DNA from: a virus
Lineage: Duplodnaviria; Caudoviricetes
Strand: one strand, 5' to 3'
IMG/VR virus record: IMGVR_UViG_2799112265_000001
Location: 1-64,000 of that record
Length of the DNA stretch: 64,000 nt
Shown: one piece after another, positions 39,053-48,082 of the stretch
How positions within the stretch are numbered: the stretch's first letter is position 1
Layout: the number at the start of each line of letters is the position of its first letter
The notes under the pieces: generated by a model
Database searches by the model: none
Seen by the model: the letters and a program-made list of their open reading frames with translations, nothing else
Told to the model about the DNA's origin: nothing
Made by a program: the position numbers and the translations under genes

Positions 39053-39523
39053 ATGCGTCTGCGTGCCCTCTTCACCTGTCCCGCCGCCCTCCTCGCCGCC
39101 GGACTCGCCACCGCCACCGTGGCCATCGCCGCAGTGGCCGGCATGACCCCCACCGCCGCCGCGCCCCACCCGGCCCGCACCACCACCATCGCCGCCCCCA
39201 CGGCCACCGCCGACACCGTCGCCACCTTCAACGACGGCTTCACCGACGGCCGCTCCGACGCCATCGGCGACGACAACCGGAACAACCGCGTGGAGCCCGG
39301 CGAGACCGGCTGGAGCTGCCGCACCACCCCCGCCGCCGACCTCGACCTCTGCCTCCAGGTCGCCGCCCAGCCCTCCTACTCCTGGCGCGCCCCCAGCGGC
39401 GCCACCATCGGCAACCCCAACGGCCGCGCCCTGATCGCCGACCTGGAGGTCAAGCCCGGCACCCCGCTGTGGACGGACACCCTGCGCGCCCTGCACGCCG
39501 ACTACACCGCGCACACCCGCTGA
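39053..39523 (+). CDS. Secreted hypothetical protein
   Basis: Signal-peptide-like N-terminus; behind a hairpin and RBS. Confidence 0.65.
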   Translation: MRLRALFTCPAALLAAGLATATVAIAAVAGMTPTAAAPHPARTTTIAAPTATADTVATFNDGFTDGRSDAIGDDNRNNRVEPGETGWSCRTTPAADLDLCLQVAAQPSYSWRAPSGATIGNPNGRALIADLEVKPGTPLWTDTLRALHADYTAHTR

Positions 39524-39597
39524 CCCCACCGCCCACCAGCCGGGGCGCAGCCGCCGCGCCCCGGCCCCCTCCCCACCCCCACGAAAGGTGCCACCCC

Positions 39598-40026
39598 ATG
39601 GCCACGACGTTCGACCTCGACCCGTTCACGCGCCCGGTGCTGATGAGCGCCCGCCCGAACGACACGCACCCGTACGAGTACGACCCGGCCGCCGTGCGCA
39701 TCGTCCGCGCCGACCGCGTCCAGCACGGCGACGTGGTGCTCGGCGAGGTGTACGGCCACGACCCCGGCCACGCCGCCACGGTCAGCTACCTGCCGTACGG
39801 CTGCATCCCCTACGCCGCCCGGCCGCGCCCCATGGACCCCGCGTGCCCCTGCGAGCTGTGCCAGCAGCACCGTTCCGACCCGTTCACCTACCTCACGGAG
39901 CCGGTCGCGCTCACCGTGTGGCCGCGCGACGAACTCGACCTCGACCCGGTGTGCCAGTTGAACAACGCCGACGAGCTGGTGATGGTCATCCCCGCCCACC
40001 GGCTCCCCGAGCGCCCCGTCGCCTGA
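39598..40026 (+). CDS. Hypothetical protein with CxCxxC
   Basis: GAAAGG RBS; CPCELC. Confidence 0.6.
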   Translation: MATTFDLDPFTRPVLMSARPNDTHPYEYDPAAVRIVRADRVQHGDVVLGEVYGHDPGHAATVSYLPYGCIPYAARPRPMDPACPCELCQQHRSDPFTYLTEPVALTVWPRDELDLDPVCQLNNADELVMVIPAHRLPERPVA

Positions 40027-40095
40027 CCCTCCCTCGCCCTCGCCGGGGCGCAGCACCGCGCCCCGGCCCCCTCCCCCCCTGAAAGGCGCCCCCGC

Positions 40096-40527
40096 GTGTC
40101 CGTCCTGCCCCGCAGCACCCCCGCCCGCGTCCGCGACAGCCTCACCGCCGCACTGGCCGGCACTGCCGTTGAACTCACCGGGCCCGCCCCCCGCTCCGCC
40201 ATCACCTTCCTCGCCAGCTACCGGGGCGCGCAGTGGAAGGTCACGTACATGGGGCTCGGCAACCTGTGGGGCGTGACCGGCCCGGCCGGGTCCGGTACTG
40301 AGCACTCCGTCCCCCGGTTCACGGACGAGATCGCCGCCACCATCACCGCGCCGTGGCCGCAGCCGGAGAAGGCGCCCGCCGACCCGCACCCCGGCGTCCC
40401 GCGCACCCACCTCGGCGTCGACGTGCCCGAGCTGGTCCGCGCCCAGTGGAAGACTCCGCTCGGCGACGGATGGCGCCTCGGGGTGCGCTGCGCCGTGGGC
40501 AAGCTCCCCGACACCCGCCCCCGCTAG
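40096..40527 (+). CDS. Hypothetical protein
   Basis: GAAAGG RBS; operon context. Confidence 0.55.
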   Translation: MSVLPRSTPARVRDSLTAALAGTAVELTGPAPRSAITFLASYRGAQWKVTYMGLGNLWGVTGPAGSGTEHSVPRFTDEIAATITAPWPQPEKAPADPHPGVPRTHLGVDVPELVRAQWKTPLGDGWRLGVRCAVGKLPDTRPR

Positions 40528-40605
40528 AACCGCCCCCAGGGGCGCAGCACAGCCCCGCTGCGCCCCGCCCCGCCCGTACGACCACCTCAGGACTGGAGAA
40601 CCCCT

Positions 40606-40842
40606 GTGGCTGCTTCTGGCGCCCCCCTGTACCGCGACTGGACCGCGATGCGTCCCGCCGACTTCGACCAGGAAAGGCCGGCCGAGCCGGAGCGCCTGAT
40701 GGATGTGCGGCGGCCGGTGCTCGCCGAGCCGGACAAGTGCGGGACGGAGGCCCTGTTCGGGCAGGCCCCGCCGCCGCGCCGGAACCGGCAGGAGCGGCGC
40801 GGCGCCAGTGCGCCCGGTACGGGGGCCGAGACCCTGTTCTGA
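40606..40842 (+). CDS. Small hypothetical protein
   Basis: GGAG RBS; 78 aa. Confidence 0.5.
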   Translation: MAASGAPLYRDWTAMRPADFDQERPAEPERLMDVRRPVLAEPDKCGTEALFGQAPPPRRNRQERRGASAPGTGAETLF

Positions 40843-41007
40843 CCGGTGCGCCGGGGGGCGGGATGTCCGGGCGTGAGTGGGTCGGCCAGGGAGCCTGAAA
40901 TTAGTTCCCCTGGCCGCCTTGCCAGCGCGTTTCCGAATGGTGTACTGTTTTTCTTGTTGGCGGAGAGCAACCGCCAACACCACCGCCGAACGAACGGAAC
41001 ACCCGCC

Positions 41008-41442
41008 ATGGCCTCCACCCGTGCCCGCGCCGCCGCCGCCGAACTCCGCAACCGCGCCCGCGCCGCCCGCGAACTCCGCACCGCCACCAAGGCCGTGGCC
41101 ACCGGCACCGCCTCCGCCTCCAACCACCTGATGGCGGGCGGCGTCACCCCCCTGGTCGCCCACAACTACGCGGCCACCCTCACCCGCAAGACCAAGAGCA
41201 TCGGCCGGACCCCGCTCGCCAGCCGCACCATCAAGAAGCGCCCCGGCAAGAAGGGCCTCACGGTCTCCCGCACCGGCGACCTCGCCCGCATGAAGCGGCA
41301 CCGCGTCGTCCCCGTCGCCCTCTGGACCCTCGAAGACCTCCGCGCCCTCGCCCTCTCCGGCTTCCGCCCGAAGAACACGCAGGTGGCCGACTTCCTCGCC
41401 GCGCTCGCCCTCGGCCGCCCCGCCGCCCGCGCCGCCGCCTGA
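41008..41442 (+). CDS. Very basic Arg/Ala-rich protein, putative nucleic-acid binder
   Basis: MASTRARAAAAELRNRARAARELR, KKRPGKK; behind a class I promoter and hairpin. Confidence 0.65.
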   Translation: MASTRARAAAAELRNRARAARELRTATKAVATGTASASNHLMAGGVTPLVAHNYAATLTRKTKSIGRTPLASRTIKKRPGKKGLTVSRTGDLARMKRHRVVPVALWTLEDLRALALSGFRPKNTQVADFLAALALGRPAARAAA

Positions 41443-41564
41443 CCGACCCTCAGACCGGCCCTCAGACCGGCCGGGGCGCAGCCCCCTCCCCCCTGCTGCG
41501 CCCCGGCCCCCCGGACACCACCACACCCGCGCCCCAGCGCGCCCTCGAACGGAGCCACCACGCC

Positions 41565-42098
41565 ATGAGCACCGCCCTCGCCCCGCTGCCCAACGCCCTC
41601 GCCGCCGCCCACCGCGCCCGCACCATCGCCGACTCGATCCGCGAGCAGCCCAACCACGACGCCGCGCTCCCGCAGCTCCTCACCGCCGCCGCCGACGTGT
41701 TCGCCACCGAGCCGCCCCAGGTGTTCGACGGAACCACCGTCACCAACACCGTCCCCGCCGACGCCATGTTCGCGCTCTGGAAGGCCGACGAGATCGCCGC
41801 CGAGACCCCCAGCAGCGGCCTCCCCGAGAACTTCACGGACTACGTGCTCGCCCCCGTCTTCCGCCGCCCCCTGCCCTTCCCCGACGCCGTCCACGCCCGC
41901 AGCGCCCAGCTCGCCCGCCAGCAGCACGTCTTGCGGGACCGGCTCACCTCGGTACACGAGACGCTCAACGCCCACCCGCTCGACACCAGCGACCGCACCA
42001 CGCACCTGATCCGTACCGCGCTCGCCCTCCACGCCGGGCTCGCCCACCTGGCCGACGTCATCCGGCTGGACAACACGCGCCCCTGCTACCGCCGCTGA
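41565..42098 (+). CDS. Hypothetical helical protein
   Basis: CGGAG RBS. Confidence 0.6.
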   Translation: MSTALAPLPNALAAAHRARTIADSIREQPNHDAALPQLLTAAADVFATEPPQVFDGTTVTNTVPADAMFALWKADEIAAETPSSGLPENFTDYVLAPVFRRPLPFPDAVHARSAQLARQQHVLRDRLTSVHETLNAHPLDTSDRTTHLIRTALALHAGLAHLADVIRLDNTRPCYRR

Positions 42099-42200
42099 CC
42101 CACCCCCAGCCGGGCGGGCGTAGCAACCCGCGCCCGCCCGGCGTTCCCCCCGGTGAGAGCAACACCGGGACCCACCCCGAACCGAAGGAACACCCGCACC

Positions 42201-42995
42201 ATGAGCACCGGCACCAGCCCGTACGTGTACAACCCCGCCCCCGGCACCGAGTACCCGTTCAGCATCAGCGACATCGCCCGCGCCGCCCGCACCCTGCTCG
42301 GCCCCCGATGGCTTGCCGAGTCCGGCCACTGGGGCACCACCGGCACCCTCTCCGCCGCCTACACCGCCGACTTCACGCTGAGCATCGACAGCGAGGGAGA
42401 CCTCTGCATCGACTTCACCCGGTACACGGAAGACGGCTTCCCCGAGACGCCCGAGCTGCCCGAAGGCGTCGAGGACATGGACGGCGGCGTGTACCTCCCT
42501 GTCGCGTGCAGCGTCGACGGCCTGGACGAGCTGGCCGGCATAGTCGCCGCCGCGATCCGAGCCGTGACCGGCTGCCCGCCCTACACGCTCGCCGAGATCA
42601 CTGCCCCGGCCGAGCTGGACTTGCTCCCCACCGTCGACGTGATCGCGGTACGCGACGCCGCCGAGAACGTCCTCCAGCGGCGCGGGGAGGAAGCGCTCCC
42701 CGGCATGGTTCACGCCGCCGTCCGTAAGTTCCTCGCCGACCAGCCGGACGCCCGCCCGCTGGGCGTCCGGTTCACCACTAAGTGCTACGACGACGGCTTC
42801 TTCTGGGACTTGGGGGACGCCCTCGTGAGCTTCCCGGACGGCACCTTCCGTGAGGTCGACTTGACGGGACGGGACGACGACCTGAAGGCGCTGAACGGCG
42901 CCCTGATCGATCACGCCAAGTGGGCCGGGGAGGTCGGCCCCGGCAGCACGCTCACCGTGCAGTTCGACCCGCCCGCGCTGGTCGCCGCGCTCTAG
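42201..42995 (+). CDS. Acidic two-domain hypothetical protein
   Basis: Behind a class II-like promoter, hairpin and RBS. Confidence 0.65.
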   Translation: MSTGTSPYVYNPAPGTEYPFSISDIARAARTLLGPRWLAESGHWGTTGTLSAAYTADFTLSIDSEGDLCIDFTRYTEDGFPETPELPEGVEDMDGGVYLPVACSVDGLDELAGIVAAAIRAVTGCPPYTLAEITAPAELDLLPTVDVIAVRDAAENVLQRRGEEALPGMVHAAVRKFLADQPDARPLGVRFTTKCYDDGFFWDLGDALVSFPDGTFREVDLTGRDDDLKALNGALIDHAKWAGEVGPGSTLTVQFDPPALVAAL

Positions 42996-43094
42996 CCCCC
43001 CGCCCCCGTCCGGGGCCCCGTACGCCACCGCGCGCCGGGCCCGGCCGGGGGAGCCTCACCCCGACGCCCTACCGCACGAAGGACACGCCCGACC

Positions 43095-43565
43095 ATGAGC
43101 ACCGCCCCCTCCGTCTTCACCCTTCCCGACATCCTCGCCGCCCTGCACGCCGGGGTGGAGCTGACCGCCGACGAGTCCGGACTCGACTTCCTCGACGGCC
43201 GGTTCACCTGGCCGTACGCCGCGACCCTCGCCCGCCTCGACAACCCCGACACCACCTGGTCCCAGGTGAGCGACCGGCACGACAAGCTGCGCCAGCTCTG
43301 GTCGGCCGGCACGGACCTCCCGGACACCGACGACGACGCCCGGACGTACACCCGCGAGCAGGTGAGCACGGCCGTGAACTGGGCCGTGGACGAGGCCGCC
43401 GACATCAACCATCTGGGCGGCTGCGCCGACGACGTGGACAACTTCCTCGTCAACGCCGTCCTGACCCTGCTGGACGACCCCGACGCCGCATTCACCGACG
43501 TGGTCGACGAGTGCTACGGCGAAGACCCGGACCTTGTGTCCCGGTGGCTCCACGACGCCGCCTGA
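43095..43565 (+). CDS. Acidic hypothetical protein with internal duplication
   Basis: ATLARLDNPDTTWSQV versus AVLTLLDDPDAAFTDV; CGAAGGA RBS. Confidence 0.65.
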   Translation: MSTAPSVFTLPDILAALHAGVELTADESGLDFLDGRFTWPYAATLARLDNPDTTWSQVSDRHDKLRQLWSAGTDLPDTDDDARTYTREQVSTAVNWAVDEAADINHLGGCADDVDNFLVNAVLTLLDDPDAAFTDVVDECYGEDPDLVSRWLHDAA

Positions 43566-43702
43566 CCTGCCGCCACCCTCGCCCGCAGCTTGGGGCGGTT
43601 CCGCCCCGAGCTGCGCCCCCTGGGACGCAAGCAGCGTCCCGCTGGCCCCATACGGCCGGAGAGCAACCGGCCGCCGTAACCCGAATCGAAGGAACACCCG
43701 CG

Positions 43703-44536
43703 ATGAACACCCTCGCCGTTGCCCACGCCGCCGCCGCCACGGCCCTCGCGCAGCTCCTGCCCGCACGCCGTGGCGTCGCCTGGCAGCCCGGCCCCGCCGC
43801 CTTCCCCGTGCACCCCGACGCGCCGACCACCCGGCTCACCCAGCACGACCGCACCCTGATCGTCGCCGAGCACCAGGGCGCCATCGAGGTCTGGGCGGGC
43901 GAGCCGCAGACCGTGTTCTGCCGCCCGGCCGCCGTGGTCGACGCCAGCACCCCGGACGCCGTCGCCGTCCTGGCCGCCGAGGTACTGCGCAGCGTGCTCC
44001 CCGCCCTCGACAACGAGGCGGCCCGCTACACCGGCCCCAACCACGACCACAAGCAGGTGGTCCGCGCCAAGGAGCGGGCCCTCATAGAGCTGGGCTACCT
44101 GCTGCGCGACCTGGGCGCGGCCGACCTGGCGGGCCGCCAGCACATCGACGGGCCCGGCCTGCACTGGAAGACCAGCGAGGGCGCGGAGTGGGACGTGCTG
44201 TCCCTCGGATACCAGGGCACGTTCACCGTGGCGTACAACGGGCCGATCAGCGGCCTGCACGGGCTGCTGCCGTACCTGCTGCGCCCCACCCCGGGTGACG
44301 GCCACACCGACACGGGCAGCGCCTTCACACGCCACCTGGGCGCCCGATTCCCGCAGTTGGCCCCCGTCGACGCCCACGAGGTGGACTTCGGCCGCATCGA
44401 CACCCCCGGTGGATACATCGCGCTGCCGTCCCTCGACGTGTGCCCGGACCACGCCGACGACTCCACGCGGGTCGCCTCGCAGATCGCCCACGTCGGTATC
44501 GACCTGCTGCTGGCCGCCGCCTCCGCGCTCGTCTGA
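43703..44536 (+). CDS. Hypothetical protein, paralog of 44606..45469
   Basis: Behind a hairpin and RBS; shared LLPAR, RL.Q..R.LI, VLPA.D.E and G.DLL motifs. Confidence 0.65.
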   Translation: MNTLAVAHAAAATALAQLLPARRGVAWQPGPAAFPVHPDAPTTRLTQHDRTLIVAEHQGAIEVWAGEPQTVFCRPAAVVDASTPDAVAVLAAEVLRSVLPALDNEAARYTGPNHDHKQVVRAKERALIELGYLLRDLGAADLAGRQHIDGPGLHWKTSEGAEWDVLSLGYQGTFTVAYNGPISGLHGLLPYLLRPTPGDGHTDTGSAFTRHLGARFPQLAPVDAHEVDFGRIDTPGGYIALPSLDVCPDHADDSTRVASQIAHVGIDLLLAAASALV

Positions 44537-44605
44537 CCGTCCCGCCGCCGCCCGCCGCGCCCCTGCCCGTCCGGGGGGCGCGGCACCCCGAGAGGAACCC
44601 GCCTG

Positions 44606-45469
44606 ATGACCACCAGCACCCCGGCCGGCCCGACGACCCCGGCCTCCGTACCGCCGTGCCCCGCGCTCACCCTCGCCGACCGGGTCGCCGCGCTGCTGCC
44701 CGCCCGTGACGGCGAACTCTGGGCCGTGCAGCCCTACCGGGCATGGTGGACGGTCCAGCCCGCCGCCCGCCTCGTCCAGGGCGGCCGAGCCCTGATCCTG
44801 TCCTGGCACCCGTGGAGCACCGGCGTGGCCTGGCAGCTCCCCGACCGGGAGCCGTACCAGCCCGACGCCAAGACCGACGAGATCGGCGCCCGGCATGTTG
44901 CCGACGTGCTGCTGCGCCACGTGCTGCCCGCCGTGGACGACGAGCTGGCCGGCCGGGACACCCGCGATGGCGCCGAGGTACGCCGCGAGCGCCTCGCCCG
45001 CATCGGACACGTCATGCGGAGGCAGGGTGTGGCCACCCTCGAACAGGCGGGCCCGTTGGAGTCCGCCGCGCACTGCACGTGGGGGACACCGTCCGGACTG
45101 CGGTACACGCTCACCCTGTTCGGCACCAACCCCGCCGGGCACCTCACCGTGGAAGGCCCCGTCGCGGCCGTGGAGGCGACGCTCGCCACGTTCCTGCCCG
45201 CCCGGCAGGACAAGACCCCTCGGATACCGCTGCGCCACGTACGGGGCCGTATGCAGCGCCGCATGGCCGCGTTCCTCGCCCGGCACACCGACGTGGAGCA
45301 GGTCGACTCCGGGGCGCTCGCCTTCGGCAGCGGGGACACCCCGTACGGGTTCGTCGCCACCCCCACCGACCCGGTCGCCCGCGTCCGGGACACCAGCCCC
45401 GTCACGGTGGAGCTCCACGGCCTGGGCGCCGACCTCCTCGCCTACCTCGCCCCCCAGCTCACCCGCTGA
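44606..45469 (+). CDS. Hypothetical protein, paralog of 43703..44536
   Basis: GAGAGGA RBS; same shared motifs as the previous gene. Confidence 0.65.
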   Translation: MTTSTPAGPTTPASVPPCPALTLADRVAALLPARDGELWAVQPYRAWWTVQPAARLVQGGRALILSWHPWSTGVAWQLPDREPYQPDAKTDEIGARHVADVLLRHVLPAVDDELAGRDTRDGAEVRRERLARIGHVMRRQGVATLEQAGPLESAAHCTWGTPSGLRYTLTLFGTNPAGHLTVEGPVAAVEATLATFLPARQDKTPRIPLRHVRGRMQRRMAAFLARHTDVEQVDSGALAFGSGDTPYGFVATPTDPVARVRDTSPVTVELHGLGADLLAYLAPQLTR

Positions 45470-45540
45470 CCCACCCCCTGGTGCGCCCCGTACGGCCCTC
45501 ACCGCCGTGCGGGGCGCACCGTCCCGGAAGGACTCAACCC

Positions 45541-46017
45541 GTGCCCCTGAACAAGGCCACCGTCTCCGCGTTCGATGACGCGCTCGCCAAGCTGGCCACC
45601 GCCGCGCGCGCCCTGATCCCGATGATCGCCGAGACGCTGCACGCCCAGTTCCCCACCGGCGCCTACCTCGTACTCACCCGCTCCAAGGACCCCGGCCACG
45701 CCGACGACGTGCTCTTCCTGAACTCGGTACGCGACGCCAGCGGTGGCATCGTCTGCTGGCTCGACCCGTCCGGGGGCGCCCTCGACCCGCTCCCGGCCGT
45801 CCCCCCGGAGATCGCCGCCCGGTGGGGGGACAGTGACCCCCGGAGTCAGCGGGACCTCCTCGACCTGCTCCAGGCCGTCGACGCCGTCGACCGGTACACG
45901 TTCTTCGACTGGCTGCCCGATGAGGCGCGGCGCCCCGGCGAGAGCGACTACCGGGAGCCGATCGGGGTTCCCCTGCCGTGCCAGTGCCGAGTCAGCGGGG
46001 AGTGTGCGCCGTGCTGA
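45541..46017 (+). CDS. Hypothetical protein
   Basis: GAAGGA RBS before GTG. Confidence 0.55.
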   Translation: MPLNKATVSAFDDALAKLATAARALIPMIAETLHAQFPTGAYLVLTRSKDPGHADDVLFLNSVRDASGGIVCWLDPSGGALDPLPAVPPEIAARWGDSDPRSQRDLLDLLQAVDAVDRYTFFDWLPDEARRPGESDYREPIGVPLPCQCRVSGECAPC

Positions 46018-46394
46018 AGCCCGCCGCCACGGAGCAGCTCGCCGAGCTGGCCGGCCACCTGGCCACCGCCCCGTCCGGCTCCATCGCCACGGCGATCGAC
46101 GCCGCCGAGGTCCGCGCGGAGACGATGCGCGGACGGCACACCGATGAGGCGTTCGGCCGGTACTGCCGGTCCGCGCTGCCGCTGATCCTGCGCCGCCTGC
46201 TGGACGCGGAGTCCCAGCTCGCCGCGCTCCGTGCCCAGTCCGCCCGGCATGTGGCGGCGGCCGATCTCGGGGACGAGCCGTCCCCGGCCGAGCTGCTCGA
46301 CGGGTACCGGCGCGCCGGGGTCGACCTGGCGGAGGAGATCGAGGAGGCGCGGGCCGAGCTGGAGGCGGAGGCTTACGCCTTTGCCCTTTCATGA
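46011..46394 (+). CDS. Hypothetical protein
   Basis: GGGGAG RBS; overlaps the previous gene. Confidence 0.55.
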   Translation: MLKPAATEQLAELAGHLATAPSGSIATAIDAAEVRAETMRGRHTDEAFGRYCRSALPLILRRLLDAESQLAALRAQSARHVAAADLGDEPSPAELLDGYRRAGVDLAEEIEEARAELEAEAYAFALS

Positions 46395-46518
46395 CCAGCG
46401 CCCCGCGCCCTGTGCCGAGCTGGCCGGGGCGCGGGGTGTAACAGGTCGGGCCGAACCGGCGTTCCCCTTCACGATCACCTGATCGCCGCCGTCCTCGCCG
46501 GAAGTGAGACCCGTACCG

Positions 46519-46986
46519 ATGTCTAACCGTCATGACTCCCGTAGCCCGATCGCCCTCGTCCTCGCCGGAACCCTCGCCCTCGTCATCGGGGTCGGCATCA
46601 TCATGGGCGTCATCGCTGGCTCGAAGGCGTTCGGCCGCTACCAGAGCATGTCCGACGCGAAGAACGAGGCGCAGATAGCCCTGGTCCACGCCCGGAACAA
46701 GGTCACCGTGACCGAGATCGAGATCCGGAACCAGAACCAGCGCATCCAGGTCACGAAGCAGAAGGCGCAGATCCGGTACGAGGAGGCCGTCGGCCTGCGC
46801 CACGCCCAGGACGAGGTGGCCAAGACCCTGACCCCGCTGTACGTGCAGATGGAGTACGCGCGGGCCCTGGAGGAGATCGCCAAGTCGGGCAAGAACAACA
46901 GCGTGGTGTACATCCCGACCGGTGAGGGTGGCGTGCCGCTGGTGTCCGGCGTGGCCGGCCAGCCGCAGGTCTCGCCCCGCAAGTAG
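46519..46986 (+). CDS. Membrane-anchored coiled-coil protein with SPFH/prohibitin-like C-terminus
   Basis: N-terminal transmembrane helix; TLTPLYVQMEYARAL..VVYIP; class II promoter upstream. Confidence 0.6.
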   Translation: MSNRHDSRSPIALVLAGTLALVIGVGIIMGVIAGSKAFGRYQSMSDAKNEAQIALVHARNKVTVTEIEIRNQNQRIQVTKQKAQIRYEEAVGLRHAQDEVAKTLTPLYVQMEYARALEEIAKSGKNNSVVYIPTGEGGVPLVSGVAGQPQVSPRK

Positions 46987-46996
46987 GTTCGCGGCA

Positions 46997-47030
46997 CCCA
47001 CGCTTCGGGCGGACCCGCCCGAAGCGTGGG
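46997..47030 (+). terminator. Hairpin after 46519..46986
   Basis: Inverted repeat cccacgcttcgggcgg / ccgcccgaagcgtggg. Confidence 0.7.
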
Positions 47031-47123
47031 GTGTAACAGGTTCGGTCAGGCGGCCGTTCCCCACTGCACCAGGTGCGGTCGGGGAGCGGCCGCCACACGT
47101 TTGCCCGCCGAGGAGCCGTCCGC

Positions 47124-47825
47124 ATGTCCCGTCACTCCCGCAAGAAGCCCACCCAGCACGACCGCGTCCACCGGCACGCCGCGCTCGACCTGCTGCTGCC
47201 CCGGCTGGAGGCCGGCCGCCTCACCGCCGAGGAGGCGAAGCTCCTGGCCGCGTACGTCCGCGAGGAGGTCCGGCTCGGGACGAAGGCCCGCAAGTCCCTG
47301 ACGCGTACGAACCGGCGGCTGGCTGAGCACAGGGAGGCCGCGGACACGGCGATACGCGAGGCGGAGCAGCGCGCGGCCGAGCTGGAGAAGAGGCTGACCG
47401 AGGCGGAGGCCGTCAGGAACCAGGGCAGGTACCGGCATGTGTCCGCCCCGGCGGGCGTGGAGCAGGAACGTCTGGATGCGCGGCGTGGCTCGGCCCGGTG
47501 GATGATCGCGCAGCCCTCCCTGACGGTGGCCGACGGGATGAAGCTGCGCGAGCACTTCGACGCCGAGGCCGCCGAGCGGGACGGGTTCCGCTCGATGCTG
47601 TGGCAGGTGCTCGGCCTGCTGACCCCGGTATACGTGAACGGCAAGACGGCCTTCTTCGAGTGCAGGAACCCGGTGAAGCCGGATGCCGTGCGGTACTGGG
47701 AGGCGGCGCTGGGGCTGGGGGACGGGCAGTCGCGTTGGGCGCCGCCACTGGCTGACCACGCCGGCCTGACGAACAAGATGGCGAACGAGTACGGCGCACT
47801 CGCCCGCAAGCTGTGGGCCTCCTGA
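47124..47825 (+). CDS. Hypothetical coiled-coil protein
   Basis: GAGGAG RBS; class II promoter upstream. Confidence 0.6.
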   Translation: MSRHSRKKPTQHDRVHRHAALDLLLPRLEAGRLTAEEAKLLAAYVREEVRLGTKARKSLTRTNRRLAEHREAADTAIREAEQRAAELEKRLTEAEAVRNQGRYRHVSAPAGVEQERLDARRGSARWMIAQPSLTVADGMKLREHFDAEAAERDGFRSMLWQVLGLLTPVYVNGKTAFFECRNPVKPDAVRYWEAALGLGDGQSRWAPPLADHAGLTNKMANEYGALARKLWAS

Positions 47826-47904
47826 CGGCTTCCCCGTCCTCAACCTGTCGGCCCCGGCGCCTGGTCGGGGCCGGCTCTCGTGTTGCCCCAGGTCGCACCG
47901 GGGA
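47820..47904 (+). repeat. 85-bp direct repeat, copy 1
   Basis: Colinear with 58603-58687; about 12 mismatches by hand count. Confidence 0.8.
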
Positions 47905-48082
47905 GGGGGGCCGGTCTCTCGGCGACTCCCGCCGTGGCGACGCTCGGCTCCCAGCTCACGGCCGAAACCGCGCTCAAGCAATCAGCGCATCGCTGACCAG
48001 CCTCATTCCGAATGGTGTACTATCGCGGTGTTGGTGGAGAGCAACCACCAGCACCACCGCGAAACGAAGGAACACCCGCCCG

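Noticed and set aside
33557-41508. Intergenic hairpins as integron attC sites
   Set aside because: No RYYYAAC/GTTRRRY boxes, and no intact integron integrase in the window.
28080-48055. Repeats as a CRISPR array
   Set aside because: Copies are separated by whole genes at irregular distances, and no cas genes are present.
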